DNA of 64,000 bases, taken from a virus (Duplodnaviria; Caudoviricetes). The stretch spans positions 32,001 through 96,000 of IMG/VR virus record IMGVR_UViG_3300033076_001145, one strand, 5' to 3'. Under the pieces are notes generated by a model. The model was given only the letters and a program-made list of their open reading frames with translations, was not told where the DNA came from and searched no databases. Below are positions 20,356 to 30,328 of the stretch, piece after piece (position 1 is the first letter of the stretch; the number at the start of each line of letters is the position of its first letter). The position numbers and the translations under genes were made by a program.

Positions 20356-20571
20356 TTATTCGAAAATCTCATCGATTTTACTTTCAGCAACTGAAGTAAT
20401 TCTCCAATCATAACTAAAAGATTCGTAAGCCTTTGTAACCTTTGCCTCCACATCTGTTACATTGTAACCCTTAACGAGTTTTTCTTCTCTTACTTTTTTA
20501 ATTTTTCCTGAGTTTTCATCTGGCAAATCATATTGAACTTTTGCCACAAAGTATTTTTCGTCCATTTCCAT
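20356..20571 (-). CDS. DUF4494-like small protein (Bacteroidetes family)
   Basis: YFVAKVQY....GKIKKVREEKLV..YNVTDVEAKV. Confidence 0.6.
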   Translation of the reverse strand: MEMDEKYFVAKVQYDLPDENSGKIKKVREEKLVKGYNVTDVEAKVTKAYESFSYDWRITSVAESKIDEIFE

Positions 20572-20577
20572 AATTGA

Positions 20578-21297
20578 TTATTTTCCTAAATAATCGTTTA
20601 ATTTATTCATTAAATCAAGTGATTTTAATCCACCTCTCTCTAAATTTTGTAATTTTTCCTCTTGTAGATTTTCCTCAAATTTGTATTGGTCATCTTTTTC
20701 TTTGAATAGGTACGCTCCAGGTGTGGATGGTGCTTGGACTAAGTCAAAACAGATTAATTCAAAGTCGTCCTGAACTTCGTTTTGTTCTCCCACTTTTTTT
20801 AATGAACCAACACCTCGAGATGATATACCCAAAGTGACACCAAGTCTTAATAGATTAGCCGCTTGGTCTCCCTTTGTAGATACAATACCTCTTTCATGAA
20901 ATCCTGGTGACGTTAATAATTTTAATTTACCAATTAAAATATTTTTATCCCACCAAATATCAGTTATAATATGAGATACTCTATCCAAATCAATTAATGA
21001 TGATTCGGGGTGATTAAGTTCAGACAATGCTGTATTTTTCTTAATATAATTTTTAGTATAGTTATCTGCTTCTCTTTTTAATACTCTTTCAGGATATATT
21101 CTACCATTTCTATTCGGGGTATTAAACTTTTGTAACACCGCATAAAACTCAAATGGTTTAGAATAATCACCCACTTCGAATGATTCTTTTATTATTCTAT
21201 CATTAGAGAATTCAATGGGTGACACATACCCTGCGTCATATTCAACAAGAATTCCCTTACCCGTATCTTTTGGCCCTAAAATTTTATAATTTTGCAT
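20578..21297 (-). CDS. prohead protease (T4 gp21-like)
   Basis: NRNGRIYP, ELNHP, LDRVSHII, GISSRGVGS, FDLV..PS.PGA. Confidence 0.95.
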   Translation of the reverse strand: MQNYKILGPKDTGKGILVEYDAGYVSPIEFSNDRIIKESFEVGDYSKPFEFYAVLQKFNTPNRNGRIYPERVLKREADNYTKNYIKKNTALSELNHPESSLIDLDRVSHIITDIWWDKNILIGKLKLLTSPGFHERGIVSTKGDQAANLLRLGVTLGISSRGVGSLKKVGEQNEVQDDFELICFDLVQAPSTPGAYLFKEKDDQYKFEENLQEEKLQNLERGGLKSLDLMNKLNDYLGK

Positions 21298-21322
21298 TTT
21301 GAAAGTTTATTAATAAATAGTA

Positions 21323-21775
21323 TTAAATTTCTATTTTAACTTTCTTATCAGTTTTTGTTAGGTGAAATGTAAATAATTCATTATTCCTCATTATCTCTTT
21401 GGAGATTGAATCGATAATTTCTTTTACTGAGTTTTTAATTTTAGTGGATTTGAAATCGGTTTCTCCTTTAATAAAGAGAGTTATTTCTAAATTCATAAAT
21501 GACTTTTTATTCAGACAAATCCCGCTAGAACGTAAATCCAAATCAATTATAATTTTGTTTTCATATAAAAATTGATTTAATATTTCGTAAATGTGATTTT
21601 TAACTTTTTTATTAAATAATGACACGGGTCGTTCCCAATTTTCATTATATATTTTTGGTTTCACCCAAGATTGTATGTTTATATAGATTGATTTTAAATT
21701 TTTAGCATCTACCGTACCGTAACTACATTTAAAATTTCGATATCCCTTTATCACACAGGATTTCCCTTTTTTCAT
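21323..21775 (-). CDS. hypothetical protein
   Basis: 150-aa ORF within the head module. Confidence 0.65.
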   Translation of the reverse strand: MKKGKSCVIKGYRNFKCSYGTVDAKNLKSIYINIQSWVKPKIYNENWERPVSLFNKKVKNHIYEILNQFLYENKIIIDLDLRSSGICLNKKSFMNLEITLFIKGETDFKSTKIKNSVKEIIDSISKEIMRNNELFTFHLTKTDKKVKIEI

Positions 21776-21841
21776 TTTTGACTCATATCAAAGTTTATTA
21801 TTAATATAAATCTACCAAAAATTAACCATAATGTCAAAAAT

Positions 21842-21866
21842 AAAAAGTCCGTAATATACGGACTTT
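21842..21866. terminator. intrinsic terminator
   Basis: A5-GTCCGTA-ata-TACGGAC-T3. Confidence 0.65.
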
Positions 21867-21891
21867 AGATAAAATATAAAAATAATTTTTA

Positions 21892-22593
21892 TTATTTTTT
21901 TAAACCTTCATTTAGAGTTAAAAGTTTAACATATTCCTTTTTAGAAAATTCTGTGTTTTCTATTTTTTTAACAGTCTCAGACAATGTAGATTTTACCGAT
22001 TCATCAGATTCACTAATCATACTATTAATTGTTGAGATGGTATTTTCTTTTAACTCTTTGAATTTTTCTTTTAAAATGTCCTCAGATTTTAAAACTTCCA
22101 TTACTTTCTCTCTGTCAGATTCATTTAAAGTATCCAAGTGTTTTTTAATTGTGTTATTTGCAACTTTCACTAAAGAACTAATAGGTAATTTAACTGACTC
22201 TTTAATCTTTGGTTTTTTTGATAATCCCTCAACAATACCTTTTTTTATTTTAAATTTTTTCTCAAAATCATCAGAAGTAATGAACTCATCAATATCTGAA
22301 TACTTATTCTCACATTGAATTCCTTTTGACCATTTTAAAATAGTCTGAATTGTCGATTCTTTTAATGTTATACTTTTTAAATCAGAGATAATTTCATCGA
22401 ACATAAATGTTGCAACGTCTTTATCATACCCTTTATTTTCCAATAAAGAGTCGTATTTCATCATCATTTTTCCAAATGATTTATCTTCTTTGATTATCTT
22501 ATTGAAAACCTTTAAATCGCTCTTTAATTCATTTTTTATAAATGAGTCAACCAATTTGTTTTCTACTATTGTTTTTAATTCTCCAAATTTCAT
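21892..22593 (-). CDS. putative prohead core protein
   Basis: Between portal and protease; repeated IVE, LLE, LKE, IKE, LNE, ISE sites. Confidence 0.55.
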   Translation of the reverse strand: MKFGELKTIVENKLVDSFIKNELKSDLKVFNKIIKEDKSFGKMMMKYDSLLENKGYDKDVATFMFDEIISDLKSITLKESTIQTILKWSKGIQCENKYSDIDEFITSDDFEKKFKIKKGIVEGLSKKPKIKESVKLPISSLVKVANNTIKKHLDTLNESDREKVMEVLKSEDILKEKFKELKENTISTINSMISESDESVKSTLSETVKKIENTEFSKKEYVKLLTLNEGLKK

Positions 22594-22615
22594 CTTATTA
22601 ATTTATTAATAAATA

Positions 22616-24430
22616 TTAATCATTTAACAAGTTTTTCAAAGTACTGTCCATTTCGAGTAATGTTTTTTTGGCTTTACTCAAATCTATCTCCTCATTGTCA
22701 TTCGCCCAATCACCTTCCAATATAATATTTAGTTTGGTTTCCATTGATTCGGGGGCTAATCCAGGTCCTCCTGCCGGTTCAGATGGAGGTGCCGGAGATT
22801 CAGATGGTGGTGGTGGGGTAAATCCTCCACCTATATCACCACCAGGTGTTTCTCCACCTTCAGCAGGTGCTGCGGGTTGTTCTCCTTCTTTCTTACCATA
22901 TAATCTATCTAAATTATCAAATAAACCTGTATGTGTAATAACCTGAGCAGTATTTGTTAATTCTGCCCCTACCGCCTTTTCAATTCTTTGTTGTTGTAAA
23001 TCCAACTTAATTTCTTCATCAGAAAATCCTAAAATATGTTTCTTAGCCCATGATATTGATGTAGGAGCAATTCCTTCAATCGGAGAAACCATGTCTTTAT
23101 ATAGTAGAATCTTTTCTTTCCATACATCAACTCCCAACAAATCAGCTTGTTTTGATGGGTTAGTTAATGACAATGTAAAGTTGGATATTTCATCTTCAAA
23201 TCCAAGTAAGAATAAATGTACAATAGCAATTTTATTCAATTCCTGTAACATACTTTTTTGTATTCTATTGATAGTTCTCGCAAAACGTATGTCCATAAGT
23301 GCTAAGTTCTTACCGTCACCAACAGACTCCTCAAATCCTAAAAATCCTTTAGGTACTCTTAACGCTGTTAATAATTTCTTTTGGATGTACTCAATATCCG
23401 CAATTTCAGAAAGGTTTTGAGCTCCAGGTAGTGTCTCAATTGGAGATGCTTGTGACGGGTCACGAACAGGAACAAAATAATCTTGGTCGACGGCCATTTG
23501 ATTAAATCTCATATCCACATTTCCACTTTGTGGGTCAACGGTTTGAGACCTTTTGAATTTATTTGCAAATCTTTGGATATATGGTTCAACATCCGCATCA
23601 TCCATATTACCAACAAATACCTTAAATACCCTTCTTTCAGGTGCTCTTGATGTTCTATAAATTAACATCGCATCTTCAGACAATAATAACTGTTTCCAAA
23701 TTCTTCTCGCCTTTTCCAACATAGAAGTCCCATATGGTAATCTTCTATCGTCACCTAACAATCTAAAGTGAGCAATTTCCCAAGAATTGAATTCCATATC
23801 CTTTTGTTTCCATTTGAATTTTAGAACTCTTTTAGATGGGTCAGTTTCAGGGTCAGTTTTCTTAACGCCCATTCCCGCCTCATGTCTTTCAATCTCAATG
23901 TTTGGTAATTGCATACATCCAACAACTCCCTTTTCAGGATTCAATTTTAAGAATACAAAGTTGTCACCATACTTACATGTGTTTCGAGTCCACATTGGTA
24001 AGTTGGTATTGATGTCCAAAGAATTAATAAATAAATCGACTAATATTGATTTGATTCGTTTTGAATCAGAATAGATTTGTAGGATGTGTCCATCTTGGTT
24101 AGATGTAGTCGATTCTTCAGCATATATATCCAACGCCGCTGAAATCTCAGGAGTAAATTCCATCGATTCATAATCATAAAAAGATGCCAATCTTGTTGGT
24201 TCATAATATACCGCTTGGGTATAAAGATTGTTTTCAATCCTCCCCCATTGGTTTGCCAAATAGTATGTTTGTCTGGCTTCTAATTTTTCTTTTTCATATT
24301 CTTGTTTAGAAGTTGTCTTTAAAAGTTCTTTCTTATCGAATGAATACGTTGGGTAATCTTGTCCCAATAGTGAATTAGGTCCAAATGCCTGTGATAACCT
24401 TTGCCAAACTGTTAAATTTTTTTCACTCAT
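22616..24430 (-). CDS. portal protein (T4 gp20-like)
   Basis: EDAMLIYRTSRAPERRVFKVFVGNM, DYFVPVR, IETLPG, DIEYIQKKL..AL.VP, RFARTINRIQ. Confidence 0.95.
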   Translation of the reverse strand: MSEKNLTVWQRLSQAFGPNSLLGQDYPTYSFDKKELLKTTSKQEYEKEKLEARQTYYLANQWGRIENNLYTQAVYYEPTRLASFYDYESMEFTPEISAALDIYAEESTTSNQDGHILQIYSDSKRIKSILVDLFINSLDINTNLPMWTRNTCKYGDNFVFLKLNPEKGVVGCMQLPNIEIERHEAGMGVKKTDPETDPSKRVLKFKWKQKDMEFNSWEIAHFRLLGDDRRLPYGTSMLEKARRIWKQLLLSEDAMLIYRTSRAPERRVFKVFVGNMDDADVEPYIQRFANKFKRSQTVDPQSGNVDMRFNQMAVDQDYFVPVRDPSQASPIETLPGAQNLSEIADIEYIQKKLLTALRVPKGFLGFEESVGDGKNLALMDIRFARTINRIQKSMLQELNKIAIVHLFLLGFEDEISNFTLSLTNPSKQADLLGVDVWKEKILLYKDMVSPIEGIAPTSISWAKKHILGFSDEEIKLDLQQQRIEKAVGAELTNTAQVITHTGLFDNLDRLYGKKEGEQPAAPAEGGETPGGDIGGGFTPPPPSESPAPPSEPAGGPGLAPESMETKLNIILEGDWANDNEEIDLSKAKKTLLEMDSTLKNLLND

Positions 24431-24469
24431 AATTTAAATAATAACTAATAATAAATAGTAAGAAATAGT

Positions 24470-25768
24470 TTAGCAACCTTTTAGTTTTATAAATGATGGA
24501 ACTTGGTCACCATTTTCAAACTCATTCAACGAACCCCTAAGAAAATATCCACCATTATTTGATTTATATATAAAATTAGTTGGAATAGTCCGTGCGGGGG
24601 GAGTAACAAAATTTTCAATGTTAAATGTTTCATCAACACTACCATCTGAATTTAGTCTAACATATGTTTGTACGGTGCCAATATTTACATTATTGTAAGA
24701 CACAATAATTTTACCATCTGAATCCAAACTTATTGATGTTACTGGTCCTTTAATGTCAGGATTAACAAAATCAGTATCAACAATACCGAATCCTCCATTA
24801 CCGTTCGTGTCATATCTTAAAATATAATCATATCCTTCAATATTTGTAAAATACCCTCCAATTAATAACATACCATTTCCAACATGTTTTATTGACGTGA
24901 TTGGTTTTGTAATATCTGTAAATGGAGAATATCTTTCATCATCAATACCTCCAATTTGGTCTATTGAACAAAAATTTATTATTGGTAATTCTTGGTATTC
25001 ATTAAATGAACCTCCAATATATACTTTATAATTTTCAGGACTATTTGTAGGTATTATTTCCATACAAGTAACATAGGATTGTGAAGCTGGAAAAAATTGT
25101 GTTGTTGAACTAAATCCAAAAGTTTGTTGGTTGTAAAAATTTAAATCAATACCATTTATTAAATCTAATTTATAGATTTGTTGGAAGTATTGAAGGGTGG
25201 ATAGATAACCGACTTTAAATGGAGTTGCTCCCCCTTTTAAATAAATAATCACTTTATTGTCGGGCGTATAAATTGAAACTCCTTTCGTTATACTATTTTG
25301 CTTATTAAAATTTGTATAGAAACTATTATCTATTGTTAAATCAGGATTAACTTTTTTAACAAAGGTTGGAAAATTTCCAGTGATAAGATATTGATTAAGT
25401 GGTAATTGTATAACTGATGTTACTGCTGATAATGAACTGTTATTATATATTAATTCTCCATTCCTACTATCAACTACAGAGGTCCCAAGATTCCTACCTA
25501 AAATTAATTTATTTTTACCATAAAATGGATTTTCATCAATACATACATTTACTAACCCTGTTTGTTGATATCTAAAATTATCATCATATAACCCCTCATT
25601 CGTAGTACATGGAATAAAATTATTCTCATCGGTTGGTAATTGTCGGTATTGATTAGTGTCCGAAAATTCGTTTTTAGGAACAATGGTTGAGGATACCCCA
25701 ATATTATTTGTTACCATTTTGGTTCCGTTAAATCTTCTATTTGTTCTTTTTCTATTACTTAATCCCAT
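24470..25768 (-). CDS. beta-propeller protein with delta-60/DUF5122-like repeats (possible adsorption or decoration protein)
   Basis: Repeated YIGGSF/LIGGYF, RLNSDGSVDETF, DGKIIV; start ATG overlaps the terminase stop (TAATG). Confidence 0.6.
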   Translation of the reverse strand: MGLSNRKRTNRRFNGTKMVTNNIGVSSTIVPKNEFSDTNQYRQLPTDENNFIPCTTNEGLYDDNFRYQQTGLVNVCIDENPFYGKNKLILGRNLGTSVVDSRNGELIYNNSSLSAVTSVIQLPLNQYLITGNFPTFVKKVNPDLTIDNSFYTNFNKQNSITKGVSIYTPDNKVIIYLKGGATPFKVGYLSTLQYFQQIYKLDLINGIDLNFYNQQTFGFSSTTQFFPASQSYVTCMEIIPTNSPENYKVYIGGSFNEYQELPIINFCSIDQIGGIDDERYSPFTDITKPITSIKHVGNGMLLIGGYFTNIEGYDYILRYDTNGNGGFGIVDTDFVNPDIKGPVTSISLDSDGKIIVSYNNVNIGTVQTYVRLNSDGSVDETFNIENFVTPPARTIPTNFIYKSNNGGYFLRGSLNEFENGDQVPSFIKLKGC

Positions 25769-27519
25769 TATCTCATTCCTCCAAATAACCACGAATGGTT
25801 CATATAATCTTGTTTAGTTGGTTGATTTGTCTTATAAGTATTTTCACCGATAGTTGGGTTAAAGTAGTTTGATGGTTTCTGTGTATTAGTATTAATCTGC
25901 CAAGAATCAATCATTGCCTTAGTATGTTCAGTAACCTTTGTCATGGATGTGAAAGAGTTTTCCCCCACATATATTGCCATTGCGGTCGACATAATTAAAT
26001 CATCATGGTGTCCCTTTTGGTGGTCAGGTCTTCCATTTACATACACAAAAGTCGACATTTCATTAAGTAATCTTGCCGAATATACTTTAAATCCGTGTCT
26101 AAGATATTCCTCAAATGTTGCAATGATTTGAACTCGTTTCGCGTTAAAGTTAATTCCAGGTATTTTATCATTAACTTTTGGGTCGTATTTCCATTTGTTT
26201 TGATAATCAACACCATCCACATATAAGTTCCTATATCCCAATTCTTGTAGTTTCCTCGAGGTTGTAACTCCCATACCACCAGTAATATCAACGACAATAA
26301 ATGCAGAATACATATTCCCCCATTTGTAACATATCTCAGCAAGTGTGTCAGGTGGAATTTTTCCAATATACTCAGCAACTTGTTCCCTTGTATCAAAATC
26401 TAAAATTTGAAATGTTGAGAAGTCCTCACTATCCCCTCTACTAACATCGACACCCATTATATATTTGTGACCAATTTCAGGTTCCTTCCAAATCCATAAT
26501 GAACCTCCCATAAATTTATTTTGAGGTTCTTTGACACCATTTACACGGATATTATCGAGAGTGTTATTATCAAATACATTGTCCCCTGAACCTAAAAACG
26601 CACATTCCAATTCCTGATTAACCTTTCTCCTATCATATTTAAGTTTTTTAACCATTGACTCATACCAAGATGAGTGAGGTTTATATCCTTGGGATATTAA
26701 TAGTTTTATATCAGTGTAGTCTCGTTCTCTCGGAGGGATGTTTTCATAGTCTATTATTTCAACATCGTTATACTCATCACGATTTAAGTAATAATGTATT
26801 ATGTCATTAACTTTAATTAATTTAAAATCTTTTGTATAACGAGGGTCTTTAAACCAAACCATTTCCGAGATTTTAAACTCGTTCATGTTCTTTAACGCTT
26901 GGTCATAAATTTCATAATAAATTGGGTCATACCCGTTTGGTGTTGATACAACGATTACTTTACCTCCTGTAGATAAAGACGCCATACAAGCCGCCCAAAA
27001 GTCTCCGTCGGCCTCAATATATGCAGCTTCGTCAAATACAAGTATCGTTGGTGTGTAACCGCGAAGAGCATCCTTTGATGTTGCAACCGCCTTAACCTCA
27101 CACCCATTTGTTAATTTAAAATGCCTTTGTGAATTCTTTTCAGATGAAAATGTAACACCGACCCATTTTGGCCATTGTTCAGTGAAACCTCTAATTTTAT
27201 TTGCCATTTCCACCGCAGTATCCAATTTGTTGGCAATGATTAGAATTTTTTCAGGTTTGTTTTTTCTAGCAAAAACCAATCTTTTTGATGTCCAAGCAGC
27301 GGTTACAGTTGATACTCCAGCTTGACGATACTTTAACGCAATGTTTTCATTGTAGTTCTCATAATCCTCCAATAAACTTATTTGGTCAGGGAATAATTCC
27401 AATGGAACATACTTTGATACTGTGTTGTCGTAAGTTTGTAAATAGGTTTTAAGTGCATACTCTGTTGATTTCATGCACTTACCATACTCGATTAAAACTT
27501 GTTCTTTTGTTAAACTCAT
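25768..27519 (-). CDS. terminase large subunit (T4 gp17-like)
   Basis: LKYRQAGVST Walker A variant, LVFDEAAYI, VSTPNG, QELEC.FLGS, GVDVSRG..DFS, HDDLIM. Confidence 0.95.
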   Translation of the reverse strand: MSLTKEQVLIEYGKCMKSTEYALKTYLQTYDNTVSKYVPLELFPDQISLLEDYENYNENIALKYRQAGVSTVTAAWTSKRLVFARKNKPEKILIIANKLDTAVEMANKIRGFTEQWPKWVGVTFSSEKNSQRHFKLTNGCEVKAVATSKDALRGYTPTILVFDEAAYIEADGDFWAACMASLSTGGKVIVVSTPNGYDPIYYEIYDQALKNMNEFKISEMVWFKDPRYTKDFKLIKVNDIIHYYLNRDEYNDVEIIDYENIPPRERDYTDIKLLISQGYKPHSSWYESMVKKLKYDRRKVNQELECAFLGSGDNVFDNNTLDNIRVNGVKEPQNKFMGGSLWIWKEPEIGHKYIMGVDVSRGDSEDFSTFQILDFDTREQVAEYIGKIPPDTLAEICYKWGNMYSAFIVVDITGGMGVTTSRKLQELGYRNLYVDGVDYQNKWKYDPKVNDKIPGINFNAKRVQIIATFEEYLRHGFKVYSARLLNEMSTFVYVNGRPDHQKGHHDDLIMSTAMAIYVGENSFTSMTKVTEHTKAMIDSWQINTNTQKPSNYFNPTIGENTYKTNQPTKQDYMNHSWLFGGMR

Positions 27520-27547
27520 ATATATGATATAAATACTTAGAAAAAAT

Positions 27548-27571
27548 AAACCCCTCAACTTGGAGGGGTTT
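27548..27571. terminator. intrinsic terminator
   Basis: AAA-CCCCTC-aacttg-GAGGGG-TTT. Confidence 0.7.
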
Positions 27572-27580
27572 AATGTTATT

Positions 27581-29125
27581 TTAAAGTCCTAAACTCGAGA
27601 GATAATCATCTTCTCCCTCGTCACTCTTATATTTTTTCTTTTCCATGTATGATGGATTCTGTTGCATTTTTTTCTGTAACCCTCTCGATTTTTCAACCAA
27701 GTTTGACACATAATTATCTGCGAAATCAGGGTCAGATAATCCAAGAGTAAATAAAGATTTTGCCAACTCTACCAAAGTGTCATACTTTTCTTCCGAAATG
27801 AACTTCAACATAAATGGAGTTAAATCTCTTTGTTCTTGTGTGTTAGGAACTAACTTATTGAATATCTTATAGAATTCAGTGTAAAACTTTTCACCATACA
27901 CTAAGTCATAAGCCTCGATTTCTAATGAACTTGCTTGTTGTTTTGCAAGTCTTCCTTTTTCAGACTTTTCTCCACCTGCAGATGTGAAAAACATAATAAC
28001 ACCCTTAACCAATTCATGAACAAGTAACGGTAATGTCATCGCTCTTGCTCTGATTGTAAATGCGTTAGAATTTTCTTGTGGCTGTTCTTCTTGTTGTTGT
28101 GGTTCCTCTTCATTCTCATCCTCATCTTCTTCCTCATTATTGTCATCACTTCCACTACTCTTTGGTGGGACAACTTCGATTTGACCAATTTGACCCCCTC
28201 CTGATGTTCCGATTGAACCAATGTCTGGGAATAACCAATACATATGTAACATAATTGGTTGTAATATGTTTGATAATTGTAAAATTCTTTCTCCGTCAGG
28301 TAACTCTTCAATTTTTTCACTACAAATATCATAAGCATTTGCATAATAAAGAGACATTCCTCGTCTGAATAAATTAACAATCATTCTTCTCGATACTTCA
28401 TCAGAAAATTCCTTTTTTGCCTTCTCAGCCGTTTCAGGAGAAATTTCGAAATTTGATTCAATCGCTTCTTTTGCCTTCTCTTCGTCAAATTCAACTCCCA
28501 TACTTTCAAACTCATCTCTCATTTGCTCGAGTTGTTCTTGTTTCTCTTTATCAACACTTGCAAATTTCTTCATAATTTCTTCGTCAGAAATATTATCAAC
28601 TTTAGCCTTCATCCCTTTTAGTTTGGATAAAAACCCTTGTGTGAATTTTCCGTCTAATTGTAATTTCTTGGCGAAAAACTCTCTATCAATACCCATTGCC
28701 TTTTCAACTGACTCATTAGCAATTTCTTCTAATTCAACTCTGTTTCTATTTTGCAATTGGATGAGTTCTTGTAACAACATTCCAACTAATTGGTATAAAC
28801 CAGCAAATGCAGTTTGAGCGTCTCTTTTAAGTGATTGGTTACCGGCAACTAATCTTCTATCGATTCCTGAATATCTATCAAATAATCTTTCTAATCTTAC
28901 AACAGAATCTTTAAAAGCCTGTGATGTATAAAAATCAACTTGAGCTTGTGTCAAACCAAATTTACTTAATGGTAACTCACCCTTTTCAATCTTACCTTGT
29001 AGTTTAGGAGCCGGTCTTGCACCTCCTAAATCAGGGTCAAAACTCATCGGGGGAGCTTCGTTGATTAAAGATTTAAATCTCTCAACTAAAATGTCTTCTT
29101 TTTTTGTATTACTCTTTAATCTCAT
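27581..29125 (-). CDS. hypothetical protein with INE site after N-terminal leader
   Basis: 514 aa; LVERFKSLINEAP; LLVHELVKG. Confidence 0.7.
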   Translation of the reverse strand: MRLKSNTKKEDILVERFKSLINEAPPMSFDPDLGGARPAPKLQGKIEKGELPLSKFGLTQAQVDFYTSQAFKDSVVRLERLFDRYSGIDRRLVAGNQSLKRDAQTAFAGLYQLVGMLLQELIQLQNRNRVELEEIANESVEKAMGIDREFFAKKLQLDGKFTQGFLSKLKGMKAKVDNISDEEIMKKFASVDKEKQEQLEQMRDEFESMGVEFDEEKAKEAIESNFEISPETAEKAKKEFSDEVSRRMIVNLFRRGMSLYYANAYDICSEKIEELPDGERILQLSNILQPIMLHMYWLFPDIGSIGTSGGGQIGQIEVVPPKSSGSDDNNEEEDEDENEEEPQQQEEQPQENSNAFTIRARAMTLPLLVHELVKGVIMFFTSAGGEKSEKGRLAKQQASSLEIEAYDLVYGEKFYTEFYKIFNKLVPNTQEQRDLTPFMLKFISEEKYDTLVELAKSLFTLGLSDPDFADNYVSNLVEKSRGLQKKMQQNPSYMEKKKYKSDEGEDDYLSSLGL

Positions 29126-29126
29126 A

Positions 29127-29945
29127 TTATTTTCTTTTTTTCTTAATCAATCCAGCATTTTTTACTTTTGACATAAACCAATCTAATCCTTTTGAACTTG
29201 CTTCAGGTTGGTCATCTGGGTCGGGTGAAATAAATGGGTCAAAATTTGGGTCAGTTGTCGGTGATGGTTTGGTACCAGGTTTTGGTTTTGTAATTGGTTC
29301 AGGAGAATTTGCTTCAGGTTGGTCATCTGGGTCAGGAGAAATAAATGGGTCAAAATCCGTGTCAGGTTTTACACCAGGTTTTGGTTTTGTTGCTGGTTTT
29401 GCCGGAGCAGGTTGCTCATTCAATTTCTTCATTCTAATTGCCTCCATTAAATCTTTCTTTGAAATTTTTGGAGACAGGTGTTTTTCAACAATTTCAGACA
29501 TTTTTTGTTCAATCAAAAATTCGTAAGGATTTCTTCCTTCCTCAATAGTTTTCTTCACACCTTTCACACATCTTTCATATTTGTTCATTTGACCTTTAGT
29601 CCATTCACTTCTTTCAGATGTTCCGAATTCGTCAGATAAACTAGAAGTGCAGATAGCCCATGGGTTTTTCTTACTTGTTTTTTTCTTAGTTTCACCTAAT
29701 TCACCTTCTTTAGTAACTACAACATTATTATTAGCATCTAACGCCACTGAAGAACCTCCAGGTATTGAACCTTTACTTTTAATTTCTTGTGGTGTATAAA
29801 TTTTTTGAGTAGTTGTTTTAGTAGTCTCCTCATTTACCAATCTTTTGTGTAATGCATTTACCTGAGACTCAGTCATTAAAGAAAGGGTTTTCTTACTGAA
29901 ACCCAACTTCATTATATCTCCGATTTTTTGATTGTGTGTTTTCAT
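29127..29945 (-). CDS. leader-bearing multi-module protein (NPWAIC module plus Pro-rich repeat)
   Basis: MTESQVNALHKRLVNE; KKNPWAICTSS...YERC; duplicated FDPFISPDPDDQPEA. Confidence 0.7.
   Translation of the reverse strand: MKTHNQKIGDIMKLGFSKKTLSLMTESQVNALHKRLVNEETTKTTTQKIYTPQEIKSKGSIPGGSSVALDANNNVVVTKEGELGETKKKTSKKNPWAICTSSLSDEFGTSERSEWTKGQMNKYERCVKGVKKTIEEGRNPYEFLIEQKMSEIVEKHLSPKISKKDLMEAIRMKKLNEQPAPAKPATKPKPGVKPDTDFDPFISPDPDDQPEANSPEPITKPKPGTKPSPTTDPNFDPFISPDPDDQPEASSKGLDWFMSKVKNAGLIKKKRK
29198..29356. repeat. intragenic direct repeat, 48 bp x2 (29198-29245, 29309-29356), 111-bp period
   Basis: ttgcttcaggttggtcatctgggtc(g/a)gg(t/a)gaaataaatgggtcaaaat, 2 mismatches. Confidence 0.9.
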
Positions 29946-30328
29946 AATTCAAATTCTTTATAAAATTCTAATATTATATCTTTTTCATATAATTTATCTT
30001 TCACCTCTTGTTCTGTCATACCATAATGAAAAACAAGTCTATTTTCCAAATCTTTATCCTCTTCCCATGCAAGGGCTACGACTTTATCTACCGCATCCTT
30101 CATACAAAAAAAATCAGAGTTCTGAACGAGTTCCATTTCAATACCCTCTCTGTTCAATACTCCGACCTTTTCAATTTCACTTATGTCTGGTGTTGTTGGG
30201 TTTCCGTTTGCCGGATTTGTATCCCAATCATCACCCCACACATCATTATCTTTTGAGAACACAAACTCGTAAGTTTTGTTCCCCTTATAGTTAGCACCTA
30301 ATCCATTTACAAACACTAAATAACTCAT
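29942..30328 (-). CDS. hypothetical protein
   Basis: 128-aa ORF with ATGA overlaps at both ends. Confidence 0.7.
   Translation of the reverse strand: MSYLVFVNGLGANYKGNKTYEFVFSKDNDVWGDDWDTNPANGNPTTPDISEIEKVGVLNREGIEMELVQNSDFFCMKDAVDKVVALAWEEDKDLENRLVFHYGMTEQEVKDKLYEKDIILEFYKEFEL

Noticed and set aside
25768-27519. Intein or intron in the terminase, portal or MCP
   Set aside because: Frames are continuous and I saw no intein splice-junction or LAGLIDADG motifs
27529-27536. Canonical T4 late promoters TATAAATA
   Set aside because: The matches lie on the non-coding strand relative to the adjacent structural genes
27581-29125. Metalloprotease call from HELVKG
   Set aside because: The second His of HExxH is absent, so the function was left unassigned
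29198-29356. Possible CRISPR repeat
   Set aside because: Only two copies, in frame within a CDS, with synonymous differences; no cas genes
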